A stretch of DNA of 62,105 nt, filler included, from Asterionella formosa (Eukaryota), in the NCBI GenBank assembly GCA_002256025.1. It is 4 parts of 4 records of this genome, joined end to end, with 100 filler letters (N's around TTAATTAATTAA, not from the genome) between each part and the next. Parts side by side here need not be neighbours in the genome. Positions count along the whole stretch, not along the records: positions 31,124 to 46,575 come from NKIB01005431.1; positions 46,676 to 62,105 come from NKIB01005446.1; 2 more parts are not named here. One strand, given 5' to 3'. A model generated the notes under the pieces. It had not been told where the DNA came from. It made no database searches and saw only the letters and a list, made by a program, of their open reading frames with translations. Shown here in pieces: positions 35,465 through 47,926 of this stretch. Position numbers and translations under genes: made by a program. Position 1 is the first letter of the stretch. Every line of letters starts with the position of its first letter.

Positions 35465-36464
35465 TTAGGATTTTTCACTATAGGACTGAATGACAAATAT
35501 ATGCTCTTCTGTTGGTCCTTCAGGGCTTACTAAATCCTGGACGACCGCAGACAACATGAGTTCACCACCGGCTGCTGCCACTTTGTCCCGAAATTTACCT
35601 TCATTGACTGTCACCCGAGGATCCACCTTGAAGCGCAATAGTAGCATATCTACCTCGTTCGTTCCGATGGTAAATGATTGGTCAGTGTCGGATCTCAAAA
35701 CTACATCCATGAGGCTCTGCAGGGTTGCGGCGCGAGTTGCTTGCTAAAATGAGGGCGCAATAAGTTATTACATGAAACTGACTCAAAACACAGCACAGAA
35801 TAATGAACCCAAAAAACGTACATCCATTTCCGAAACTAGCACTCCATTTTCTTTGACCAGAGAAACTAAGCTAGATACATTTTCCCCCTGTGCAGTAGCA
35901 ATAGCCTGTAACTTTTCCTCATTACCTTTCAAGCTGAAACAATAGGGAGGAGTCAGGTGAGCTCGGAATCTACCCCAGACTCCTTTATAGCAAAATTATT
36001 TACCTCTCTACCGTACTCCCCAGTTTGGTGATTTCTGAATCAAGAACATTATTCTCTTGTTGGAGCCTGTTGACATCTTGTCGGAGCAGGTTTTGTACCT
36101 TTCGAAGGGCTAATATAGAGGATTATATTGAGAAAAACAGATTCGACAACGAAAAAATGTGTAAAATTGCCAACAACATCGTAGTGGACTCACTGTCGGT
36201 ATCTTCTAAATCCCATTGATACTTAAATACAGCACCTGCCACTGCAATAGCAACGATACCAGCAACGATACAAACAGCGCTCCCTTCAATGGCCATGGCA
36301 GCAATTGCCAGGACTCCTGAAGCAATGGAAAGTCCTTGCCAAAGTTTTGTCCAAAATGACCTTTCTAATTCATCTCGCTTTTTCTGATCTTCATCTAAGC
36401 CATCATCTTCCCTCTCAATATCTTGCAGTGATGGTGGTGGCACTGATGGTGTTATTTCTGTCAT
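35465..36464 (-). CDS. Four-exon hypothetical protein (2 TM, coiled coil, EF-hand-like loop); exons 36464-36194, 36109-36004, 35933-35821, 35743-35465
   Basis: Three GT-AG introns restore one open frame containing LRKVQNLLRQDVNRLQQEN and SDTDQSFTIGTNE. Confidence 0.8.
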
Positions 36465-37960
36465 GCTGAATGGTGTCAAATAATTAGTTGGTCGAGTAAT
36501 TATGTCACGATGCATGCTGTTTATTTTATTTCGATCCCTTACCCTTCACACCGCTAGCCGCTGCGTCCGTCCTCAGAAAGCAATTGAGTACCGGTACATG
36601 CAGTATACTATCGCCGGACAAAGAAGGGGATGATATTTATATAGCTATCTATGTTTAATCGCTCTACTGGTGCCGGTGCCGGTGCCAGTGCCAGTATGTT
36701 GCACATTAAATCTTAAGTACCGGTAGTAGAAATAGCAAATATACCTGTGTTGCTTCATCATTCCTTTGCTGGACATGATGTTGGCGATTTTCTAATTTTA
36801 AGAAAGAACCAAGTGGAAATGCTTCCTATTCCTCGGCCAATTCCAGAAACATTGAAAAGATTATGGCTTTTCTTCAACTTTTGGATAGGAAACATTTATA
36901 TTTTTGTACTGCACATAGCTACAGTTTTATCTCTCTTCTCTGTATCCTCCACTTCTTGTTGTTTCTGCTCCACTATGATGGTTGCAAGCAATGAGCTCCT
37001 CTCGAAGTGCAGGCAGCATCTCATGCTCTACAAGGGCACACAATTCTTCTTCTGATCATGGCAAGCAGCAATAGTACTATGCATTCTCCGTGTTCAAATG
37101 CAGAATGAAATAGCTACTAGGCTGTCCCAGCCAATCATGACATTGGTAAATTCCAGGTCCAGGGAGTTTATGCGTCTTAGATTTGTAACTAGCTACTTTG
37201 AAGTTTCTCCCTCCTCCATAGTCCAGAAGAATTGAGAACTTTGCTCCCCCAACAACTCAATCCATGAACACCTCCTCTCATGGAAGCTATGATTCGATAG
37301 CAAAGCAAAGCAAGTTCTATCTATAAGGTCACCCAGCAAACAAAGCTACTTGCCTGTCGACTTATTAAACCCACATGACATTCTTGTCCAGAAATATTTA
37401 CCAAGTGAAGTGGAAAGCTCGCTCACTTGTGGGAGGAAACAATCCAATAGTCGAAGATCCCACCATGAGGGATGATGGGAGGTGCGGGGAGCTTCTACAA
37501 GTCAAAATCTCCTAAAGGGTTGCTAATCCTAACACAGGACAAAATGAAGCGTTCCCATATTCTCAAAATCCATCATGGCCAAGTAAGTAAAGCCTGACTG
37601 CTGATCAAGTGCTTTCTCACCAACCTCATTGACTGTGGTTCAATAATTAAGAATTAAACTTTCAAGATCTTCAGAATCTCATGATGTATGGCCATGATTA
37701 ACTGGATCACCTGAAGTACCATCTTTCAGCTTGGATTCCAATTCCCTCCACCAGCCTAAAATTTCCTAAGTTTGATCAAGGACCATGAGGTTCAAAATAA
37801 CACCACACAGCCAAACCCACAGGCTCTTCACTGTTCCTTCCCAGGGGTTCCATGGTACATGCTTACTCATTGTTTGTACCTAATGGTAAAAATCATGATT
37901 TCTTTGTGCTTCCCAGAAGTCGTTAGCATTTTCCAACCCTTCTTAGACGTTCACCACACA

Positions 37961-38200
37961 GGGTAATGGTTTAGTCATGAGTAGTACACCTTGTGAGGTG
38001 AAATTGGGTTCGATTCCCACATTTTCCTCCTACTGTGTTGTCCGGGGAATGGCTTAGTGGTAAGCACACTCACTGTGGTGGCGGGTTACAATTCTTGCAT
38101 TCTCCACCTTTCTTTTTCATGTAGTCCCTAGGGTTTCGGGGGGTGCGGCTGACGAAAAGACAGGTCCCGTTGTACCGTACAGACGACTAAAACAGGAACT
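37961..38200 (+). mobile_element. Second tRNA-like/SINE-like element with two tandem heads
   Basis: TGGTTTAGT...GGGTTCGATTCCC (37967-38018), then GGGGAATGGCTTAGTGGTAAGC...GGGTTACAATTC (38044-38095). No complete cloverleaf seen. Confidence 0.45.
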
Positions 38201-38467
38201 AATTGTGTCCATCTATTTGGTGGGCCCAAATGCAATTATTGGATAGCTTTGATATACTATAAAAGTTAATTGATTTTTCCCCCTCCTGCTATTGTCCCTA
38301 GGGTTTTTCCATTTGGTAACGACGAGGCAGACAACAAAAGAAGGTCTAAGTCTCCATTGGGAGACAACTGCAACTTCACAACCTCTACAAATGTCAAATT
38401 CTTTAACTATGATAGCTCACGATAAATTTACTCAATAATTAAATATTATATATATTAGATTGAAAAA

Positions 38468-38791
38468 GGGAATGGTTTAGTGGTTTTGCACGTTGCCTTT
38501 TATCTGAGGTTGTGATGTTCGATTCCCGCAATTTTTCGAGAAGAAATAGTTGGGTTCGACTCCTCCACTCCTTGCCGTCTTGCAAAGTCTTGCCTGGTGT
38601 GCAAGAAATAGTGGGTTTCCCTCCCTACAACCCCTAATGATGTGGCTAAGATGATCACCTTTTGTGAAAGGTGGTTTGATACTCACTTCTGCTAAGAACA
38701 AAACCAGAGAAGCACAGGTCTTGTTCTTGGCAGATAGCACAATGGAAAACTTGCCTATAAAAATAGGAGAGTATGAATGGACCATTAAACA
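38468..38791 (+). mobile_element. tRNA-derived SINE-like repeat, copy B
   Basis: A-box TGGTTTAGTGG (38473), B-box GTTCGATTCCC (38517), second B-box at 38552; body homologous to 28869-29213. Confidence 0.6.
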
Positions 38792-39982
38792 TACTATCCT
38801 TTATATAAGATTGAAAATGCATTTTAGCTATTCATTATTTTGGTGGACCTGATGGTACCAACCAGGTCTGACAAAATACAAGCAGGCAACCTCTAAGTTT
38901 GTTCGGTCCTCCGCTGAAATGTGTATCATGGCACTGTCATCAACTCACTGTATGAAATCGTTTGTATCACAACTAAGTGACGTAAATATTGTATGCGAAC
39001 TTTATTCTTCCTTCAAAGCAACAATGCGACAATGTCATAATATGAGCAAATGACTACCAGTGTCAAGAATATGGCATCAATGGCTATATTGAGTCACAGG
39101 GACTGTGGACTCAACTATAGTCCAATGAGTCAAATGGTGTATTCCTATGTCAAGAAGCTTGCTAACGAGATTGATGTCTTAATTCAATCAGAAGAAGGAT
39201 TACATCGACGAAAAGGGAACACGAAGAACAGGATCTCGAAGTGTGATGAATGGGATTGACACTTAGTTTTAGTTTAAGCTTATAATTGAGAAATAGTGAG
39301 AATTGACAGAGTTAGGTAAACAGCGAAAACTAGCACGAAGGCTAGCAGCAGAAATATAAAAATTCTAGTGGTACAACAGGTAAGACGTACGTAAGAGCAT
39401 TGCTGTCAGACGGGAAGGAGTACGAGACCTTTTTACATACCCGTACCGGTACCGGCAAGCAAAAGTTCAGTCTCTCAAAATCAAGCTCTATTGGAGANNN
39501 NNNNNNNNNNNNNNNNNNNNNNNNNNNNNNNNNNNNNNNNNNNNNNNNNNNNNNNNNNNNNNNNNNNNNNNNNNNNNNNNNNNNNNNNNNNNNNNNNNNN
39601 NNNNNNNNNNNNNNNNNNNNNNNNNNNNNNNNNNNNNNNNNNNNNNNNNNNNNNNNNNNNNNNNNNNNNNNNNNNNNNNNNNNNNNNNNNNNNNNNNNNN
39701 NNNNNNNNNNNNNNNNNNNNNNNNNNNNNNNNNNNNNNNNNNNNNNNNNNNNNNNNNNNNNNNNNNNNTCGTAAGTTGATGTTTGATATGCATGGTCTCA
39801 CATTCTACTTTTATGCGACGACGCGGAACATCTGCATTTATTGTTGGCATATCTCTCACTTGCTTCTGAATCCATTCATCCTTGCTGCAGTAGTCATGTC
39901 CTTTCTCCTCCGAGCCAAGAACCGTCAGAGGTCCCATCCCCCAGACCAAAGTAATTTGATACCACGAAACAAAACATCATCA

Positions 39983-42900
39983 ATGATAAACAACTCAAAA
40001 TCTCCCGCCACGAACATCAGATCCACAGGAGGTGGTCAAGTTCAGCAGCTTGTTCAGCGTCAGAGGCCTCACGTGTATCAAAAGACAGTGCAGCGTAGTG
40101 TACCGAAGCAAATGCATAAAGATCAGGGGCAGCAAGCAGCCATACAAGAGGTGATTTCCATGGAAGAAGGTCAGTTTTTGAACATGGCGGAATGCAGACA
40201 CTCTTTGTGATCTCTCGATTTTCGGCGCCAACCAGTTTTTCGAAGCGCAATGACGCCTCTCGTCATTTCTCGCTCGTCGCTATGATGCCCCCTTGCTTCC
40301 TTCTTAAAACATGATTCACTCACTTGGCCGGAAATGATTCTTTTCTCTTTTTGATCAGTGATGGAAGACCTGCGGGTCCTTGAACAGCAGCAACGAGAAT
40401 CTCAGCGCAAACTCGCATCCAGTAGGCTTACCAAGGAGCATAAGGAGACACAAAAGACTAACCTGGAGACGAAGATCGCGTCATTGAAATATGCCAATGG
40501 GCAACAGCGTGCCCAGCTTGCTCGTTCACGTGAGCTTCTGCACACAAGTGCGTGCCAAGTAGGAACTGCCAAACTCCGTTCTGACACATCTGGAGCCAAT
40601 CTCAAGGATTTTGATAACCAATTAAAGGTTGCCCTTTCTTCCACTCGCTCAATGCAAGTCCTTCGTCGAAAGATTGATGGTAGGCTCATTCTAATGCGGA
40701 ACAACGACACTATCATGACACAATTGCTTGAGCAAAATTTAGAACAAGTCAAGGCAATGGAAAAGGAACATAACAGCGTCAACAACTATGAACTTTCGCT
40801 CCGTCGCATCATCCAAGAGAATCATGATAAAACTAAGCTCTACATGGACGAGGCTACGACAGTGCTCATGGACATTTCTGGATTGGAAGAGGACTTCGCT
40901 TCCGCCAAGCTCATGGAAGCCTCGACAAAGCTTCGCGCTGAAAGTATTGCAACTGCAATCGAATTTGAAAACAAGCGGCATACTGTATCCATGCAAACGA
41001 TGATTTCGAAGCTCGAGTTATCACGTCAGAAAGAGGCTACCAAGTTATGCCAGGAGAAGTCATTCCAAGATGAAATTAGGCTCAAGACAAAAACGATACA
41101 CGACGCATGGACGCGATTGATTGTGATTCAGAAACAAGAAGGTTATGTTTTGAGTTCCGAACCGGTCTATGGAACGCCAATTTCGTCATTTGATTCCGAG
41201 ATAATGAGAAAAAACGTCGAAGCCATCGACAAAGAGCTTCAGACTCTTCACGCTGCGAAGGAAAAGATTGTTGAAGACTCTGACCAGCAAACTCGTGCCA
41301 TAGCGGAACTCCGAGAGGAAGCTTTGAAAACGAAGGACGATGCCGAAAGAATTTGTCAAGTTGCGAAAAATGGTCGTAACGTGGAGCTTGCACGAAAGGA
41401 GAAGATGAATCGTTTTCGTGTCGAGATCGAGATGGAACGAAAGATTGTTTCTGATCTTCGTCGTGGTTTTGCAGACCTTCAAGTCACTCGGGATGACGAG
41501 AAGAGGAGCTTGGAAGTCAAGTTATCTGAGAGAACAGAGTCTATTATGAATGTCGAGGCCGAGCGAGAAAATTCGCGAAAATGTATCGCCGAAGAAGAAA
41601 GTACCATTGATAATTTGAAGGCTTTCTGGGAAACGGAAAAATTGGGGAATACAGCCAAAATTATTGATGCCAAGGGAGCTGCAGATCAAGCTCGCTCCAC
41701 CTACGATGTTCTTTGTCAAGAAGCTGAAACGTTTCAACAGCAGGCCGAGGAGGAGATGAACCGAGAGTTAGAAGAGGTAGAACGGGCACAGATTATTATG
41801 GTCGAAGAAGTACAGGCCGAGATTGCCCACCTACTGAGTCGTACGTTCTACTTGTGACTGGTTCCTTGTCTGTGCCGATTGATTTACTATTTCTTACCAT
41901 TTGCGATCATCACAGGCTACCCGAAGCTTACTCAGTTGAAAATAGATTATGATCCAAGGAAATCTCTGGATGATCAAGTCGAAGAGATTCTTGGTGACCT
42001 AAAAACAGAATGTGAAAACCGTATTGCAGTGGTCACCAACGAGCGCGAACGGAGGGAGCAGGAGCTTGTGGCGAAGGAGGCCAACAAACGTAGAAAGTTC
42101 ATGGAGAACAAGCGCTTAGAGAGACTGGAACGGATAGAACGTGAAGCCAAGGAAATGAATCTTGCTGCCCTCAAAGCAGCCGAAAAGGTGACAAGAGACC
42201 AAGAGCGCAAGAGGACCGAAAAATTGATCAGGGAAAAACAGCGCAAAGCTCGAAAAGAAGCGGAACAACAAGTCATCGCTGAACGTGAAAGGCTTAGAGT
42301 GAATGAGCTCAAAGCGAAGGAAAATAAACGGGAAGTGAAAAAGAAGGAGCTTTCATCTCACAAGAAGGGAGAAGAAGGGAAGGCACTGAAAAAGGCAGAG
42401 CAAGCGCGTGACCTTCTTCGGCACCAAGAGCGAGCGGCCGAGTGTGAAACAAATGAAAATTTGAATCTGATCCAAGGGCAAGTTTTAGAGCAGGAGGAGA
42501 ATCAAAAGAAGGAATTCAGCCGCAAGGCTCGGAAAGTAGTCGACAGAGAAATTGACACCGGAATTATTGAGGTTCCCCCCCATGACATGCATTGTTTTCA
42601 TGGAAACGTCAAAATAGGATCAGCATCCGACTTCGACTTAGGATGTCTTACACAACGAGAAGGACTGCATGTTCCAACTTTACTCAACTCGAACGAGAAC
42701 GACTTGGACTCCCATTCCCAAATGAGAGTCAGATGGGAAGGTCTGGACGATTGTGCGGGCCTGCATGACATGGGTTCGACCAGAAAACTGGTGACGGTGG
42801 GAGCGAAATTGTTTTCGGATCCATCACTCACTCATAACAACGATGAGTTGCAAGATACATACGAGGTGCCCAGTCGATGCCAAGTGGTCAACGCCACTGG

Positions 42901-43663
42901 ATCTAGTCGAGAATCGAGGCTGACCTCCTCATCGAAGGACAGATCTACAGTCAATTCTTTCGATGATACCAAAGGCACGACGCCTTCATTTAGTGGTCAC
43001 CACCGAGCTGGCGATGGCAGAAATTATACGAGACGCCGTAAACTCCCCGCTTCGTCGGCTTTGTCAAAGACCACTGTAGACTCTCTGCGCCAAGACGACT
43101 TTGGCCATAGCAAGGAGTCAGCATCTAATCGAATTCTTGTGCATCAAGCAACTTCGTTTTTGCACTCATCCTCATCGAGACATGCGTCTGACTCGCGACC
43201 TATAGACTCTGAACCAATTGATAAACCATCGAAGGAAATTGGCGATATTCTCGTCATTCAATCTAAACCATTGCATCGAACGAGTTCCGGAACTTCAACG
43301 CAAAATGAAAAAAAACGCATGGGCCGCAGGATTCTCGATGTGAAAAAATGTACAAAAGCTAGTAATGAAGGGCTCAAGTATGGGCCACCCACTTTGCGTT
43401 CTTTAAGTCCAAAATTGCTGAGTAAAAAACGTGTTTTTGAACCGGATGCTGCCCAAGCGTGTATTCAAACATCGGGAATTTCTTCTGGAGAACGTGCATC
43501 TCTTGCGAACAAGTCTCGACGGCGTAAGAAGCCTTCGAGTAGCAATAGTGCTGCTGATGTTGTTGCCAAAAGTGGAGTATTGTCTAGCAAGGTCAAATCG
43601 CAAAAGACGCTATCATCTGTGGTTGGCTTGGGCGGAATCGGCGACTACGATTTCGCATTCTAG
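39983..43663 (+). CDS. Large coiled-coil protein with a disordered tail; exons ~39983-40169, 40359-41840, 41916-43663
   Basis: Two phase-1 GT-AG introns join three ORFs in frame; long E/K/R-rich heptad regions. Start codon uncertain. Confidence 0.8.
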
Positions 43664-44443
43664 GCAGCTTTATACCGGTATATCATATGCGTTGTTGTGT
43701 CAGGAGGTATGCTTTGTAGGCCAATCAATGCATCTAGTATTGGNNNNNNNNNNNNNNNNNNNNNNNNNNNNNNNNNNNNNNNNNNNNNNNNNNNNNNNNN
43801 NNNNNNNNNNNNNNNNNNNNNNNNNNNNNNNNNNNNNNNNNNNNNNNNNNNNNNNNNNNNNNNNNNNNNNNNNNNNNNNNNNNNNNNNNNNNNTGGTACT
43901 GGTACCGGTACTTGAAGAAGAAATATTCCCCAAAATATACGCGACTATGAAATATAAAGACATAATTTCATGTACGACATTGTGTTCTTTTACCGGTAGT
44001 CCAGTCTACTTATCCGCCTTCACATTTTACATCCTAAATTTGGCAAGACCAATGCCAGAAGGGCACAATTCGACAATACCTTATTCGATGCACCCCTTCT
44101 CACCACCCTGCCTCCACAGTCTATGTAAGCTTGTGCAACCCAACAAACTCCACTCTACTACCTGTTTATTGAGGCACTATGAGGCGGTCTCAAACATTTA
44201 CTTAGCAATTAATTAAAATTAAATTATACCCAATAGTAAATTTTTCAATGATAACCCCAGGGCGCAATAACTTTTACTGGTATACATTCAATATATAAAC
44301 TGGGAATAAATGGACATCATCATTTAAAAAAATAAAAATCTCAGTGTATACCCGACAAACATTTCCCCAAGTTCAACCTCTCTGACGGCAGGGGTGATTG
44401 TTTCTAAGAATCAAAGACACGAATAATGATCGTATTCGCTATC

Positions 44444-46143
44444 CTAGATACCCGTAGATGGAGTGTGTGGACTTTGTGCAGCTGATGGAAGCTGAAACTC
44501 GTTTCTTTTGCACATAGTTCTGTAGCAGTCCTTGATATTCACTGAAGTACGGTTGCGAAGAGTCACTTCGTGTGCTTCCTTAATCTGGGCCCACTTCCCA
44601 ACTCCATACTTTAAGACCCCCTGGCGGATAGCCTCTTTTTCCTCATCTGAGAATCTCGTCTTCTTGCGTGCTCCATTTAGCTTTATGATTATTGGAGGTG
44701 GGACAACTTGGTTGGGCTCCTTTTGAACTTCTTCACCTTGGTATAAGACCTTACGCTTGGTGCTTCTGCTCTTTACTTCAGTTGTCGATACACCAACACG
44801 AAGTGGGATGCCAGCGGCGACTGGCGTGACAGCACCAAATCCTGCTATCACACCAGTGATGGCCACGTCAGGTGCAGTGGCACTGGTAGCTGACGGCATG
44901 TTGGCACTATCAACGGCAGCTTCGACAGATTCCACAGTGTGAAAAACGGTGTCTTGAATGAGATCGGCGGCAGCGACTGATTGAAAGGTGTCAGATCCCC
45001 ATTCAAGCATGATTTTATTGATCTCATGTCGAATGAAGCGCAAACCAAAAGGTTTGCTGTTTAATATTTTCCTCATGGCTCCTGCCGAGACAAACTGAAC
45101 ATACTCATGACCTCCCTTTCTCTTGCCAGCTCTCTTCGGACTGTCAAGCATTTTTTTGAGGAGTTCAGCCAACTCTTCGTCGTCTTTACTGCTTTCCTCA
45201 GCACATTTTCTGATATTTTTTAATGTCATCAAAGGTTAGCGTTGGTTCCGGAAAGAACTCACAATCAGCAATTCGAATTTACGTACAGGAGAGCAGCAGC
45301 AGCGTCTCGAAGTTGTCCCCTGAGTTCTGCTGTCTCGCTTTTATTTTCTCCTTGGTTTGCATAAAGTTCAAGTATCACCCGAAAGTCGGCGAGAGCAATC
45401 TGAGCATGAATAGCTCTGCGTAACCCAACAATTCCCTTGAACGTACGATCATTCTCATTTCCCTTAATGTCCTTAAGAATCTTATTCAACAATTTAATGA
45501 GTGCTTTCCACATTTCCTTGGTAAAATAAAGCAGGGGAGGGGCAGGAATAGATAGAATATCAAGACTGTCGTCTTCCTCATCTTTCTCCTGCATAACGAA
45601 GTCGTCATTATAGGGGTCGCAGCAGGCAGCAGCTAGCAATATCTTGCACATGTTGTATCTAGTCGCGAAAAGCTCGTCGGAACCATCGGATCCATCCTTA
45701 TACTCTTGTGATAACTTTCCCCAGAAGAACTGCAGTGGGTGCAAGTGAGTGAGTGGTCGATGAATGTTACAGTGAGCGACGACCGTCCAGTTGGCGACGG
45801 CGTAGAATTTGTACTGGCATCTACTTGTCAGTCCATTGCATCCATCCCCAGGAACCCTGCGACGGTTTGACTTTCGCTGATGCAGAGTCATTCAGAGCCT
45901 CTCATGACAGAACAGTACATAGATGCACACATGTCCACTACCTTGCGTGGCTCTCCATTCTGTTTTGGTTTTAATGGTTCGGCGAGGCGTTGCAGGAGAA
46001 TTCGCTGCACTTACCTCCAGAGCTTCCCAGTTCTTCATGCGATCGACATCTTGAGCAATGATCGCATCGGAGAAGTGTACCACTTGATGAAGGAGGATAG
46101 GCAAGGCCAGCTCGGGAATAGTGGTGGTAGTGTCTGCCATCAT
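44444..46143 (-). CDS. Telomere-repeat-binding-factor-like protein with a C-terminal telobox Myb domain (multi-exon)
   Basis: KKTRFSDEEKEAIRQGVLKYGVGKWAQIK...RNRTSVNIKDCYRTM. The intron 45286-45210 joins frames correctly; a donor is present at 46014; middle exon boundaries uncertain. Confidence 0.75.
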
Positions 46144-46575
46144 GTTGGACGTATTGAAACAATCCGAAATGGAAATTCACTTGTTTTTGCGAGAAGTTCT
46201 CGCTCATTAAGTGAGTTTCGCCATACAATTTTCAACGAGGTTTCACGTGGCCCAATAGAACCCTATTTCTAATAGGGTTAGGGTTGATTCAAACCTTTGC
46301 ATACATCGCATACCGGTGTTTAATATGTATGCAACCTTCTTCGCTTTATTTTATACAGCGGTAAATATTAATTTAACTAAGAAAACACAAGACTGATTAG
46401 GATTCTTCTCATACTGATTTTCTATTGCCCTTTTCGTCTAGAAACATTTGAAGCACAAAAGGATGCATGTGCTCAATCCTCCTTGATGTGAACAATTCGT
46501 CCCCCAGAGGTCCAGCAACCCACATTTTTTGTGCACCTTCTTTTCAACTTTGACCCTTTCCTGATGATTCATGTG

Positions 46576-46675
46576 NNNNNNNNNNNNNNNNNNNNNNNNN
46601 NNNNNNNNNNNNNNNNNNNTTAATTAATTAANNNNNNNNNNNNNNNNNNNNNNNNNNNNNNNNNNNNNNNNNNNN
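46576..46675. other. Artificial scaffold spacer
   Basis: N44-TTAATTAATTAA-N44. Confidence 0.97.
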
Positions 46676-47926
46676 CCACGATCCTGTACACTGCCGACAG
46701 TTCTGCGAACTCAAGGCACACCAATCAGTGACATTAGAGGAATAGGCACAATCTTTCAAGTTATAGGAGCAACACGAAGGAGCCACTACTGCGGTAGGCT
46801 GAGTAGTAGGAGGAGATGTGGTTGGAACATTCGGTAGGGTAGGTACCGCAGTTAAAGTGCTTGTTGGTGGGGGTGATGGAGGTGTGGTGATATCAGCAGT
46901 CGGTACAGGAGTCGGATTTACACTAAGGAGATTAGTTGGTGCACGAGTAGGTGTATTCGTCGGAGAAAGGGTTGGTGTTTTTGTTTGAGGGAGGGTAGGT
47001 GCAGTGGTTGGTGAAAGGGTAGATGTAGTGGTTGGTGAACGGGTAGGTAGTTTAGTTGGTGCAAGCGTAGGCATTTTAGTTGGTGAACGGGTAGGTATAG
47101 TGGTTGGTGAACGGGTAGGTATTTTAGTTGGTGCAAGCGTAGGCATTTTAGTTGGTGAGCGGGTAGGTGTAGTGGTTGGTGGAAGGGTAGGTAACTTAGT
47201 TGATGGGAAAGTTGGTGTTTTGGTTGGAGGGAGGGTAGGTGAAGTGGCTGATGGGAGAGTTGGAGATTTGGTTGGAAGGATGGCAGGCGCAATGGTGGGA
47301 AGGAGAGTAGGTTGCGCCGTCGTATTGCCATTCACAGGTAGAACATCGCAAACCTTTCGACCACTTGCATCTGCAAGACAAACGCCTCCAGCGCAGCATT
47401 CGCTGGATGAAGTACATCCAGCCCAGCGAGTAGTACATAATCGACGAGTGCTTGGGTCTATGAAAAATCCGCTGCAGGAACCACAATTCTGGGCATTTTG
47501 GTTGCACCATTTGTCGTCCCCACAAGTAGCCAAATCCCAAGAACAACAGAACTGGGGAACTTTGCACTGCTTGTTCCACTGGTCGAGACGGGTGCATACA
47601 GATTGGCCGCAGCAAGTGTCATTAACAGTCCCTTCTGAACCGTCAGGAACAATGTTACACTGGCCCCAAAGATTTGTACCAAAAAGGGGAATGCAAGTAG
47701 TGCGATTTGTGGGATCGATCCACGATCCTGTACACTGCCGACAGTTCTGCGAACTCATGGCACACCAATCAGCGGCATTAGAGGAATAGGCACAATCTTT
47801 CAAGTTATAGGAGCAACACGAGGGATCCACAACTGTTCTCCTTCCACCAGCATCCTCATCACCCTGACCAGCATGGGTAGGCGCCGGCATGACGAAGGCC
47901 ACCAACATAGCAACCAATAGCTTCAT
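46676..47926 (-). CDS. Secreted Cys-rich protein with a CBM1-like module and a Pro/Thr (PT) repeat stalk; 3' end truncated
   Basis: Signal peptide; SCCSYNLKDC...WC..S.QNCRQCTGSW twice plus a variant; LWGQC...C...DQWNKQC; (PTxx)n repeats. Confidence 0.85.

Noticed and set aside
37060..37780. Possible decayed coding sequence on the minus strand
   Set aside because: Too many stops and no motif I could identify.
38148..38200. Hammerhead ribozyme suggested by CTGACGA
   Set aside because: No matching GAAA core with the required stems was found.
39400..39949. ORFs spanning N-runs (also 43431-44216)
   Set aside because: Artefacts of translating through gaps.
47004..47789. 261-aa Val/Gly-rich ORF on the plus strand
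   Set aside because: Antisense shadow of the PT-repeat gene.
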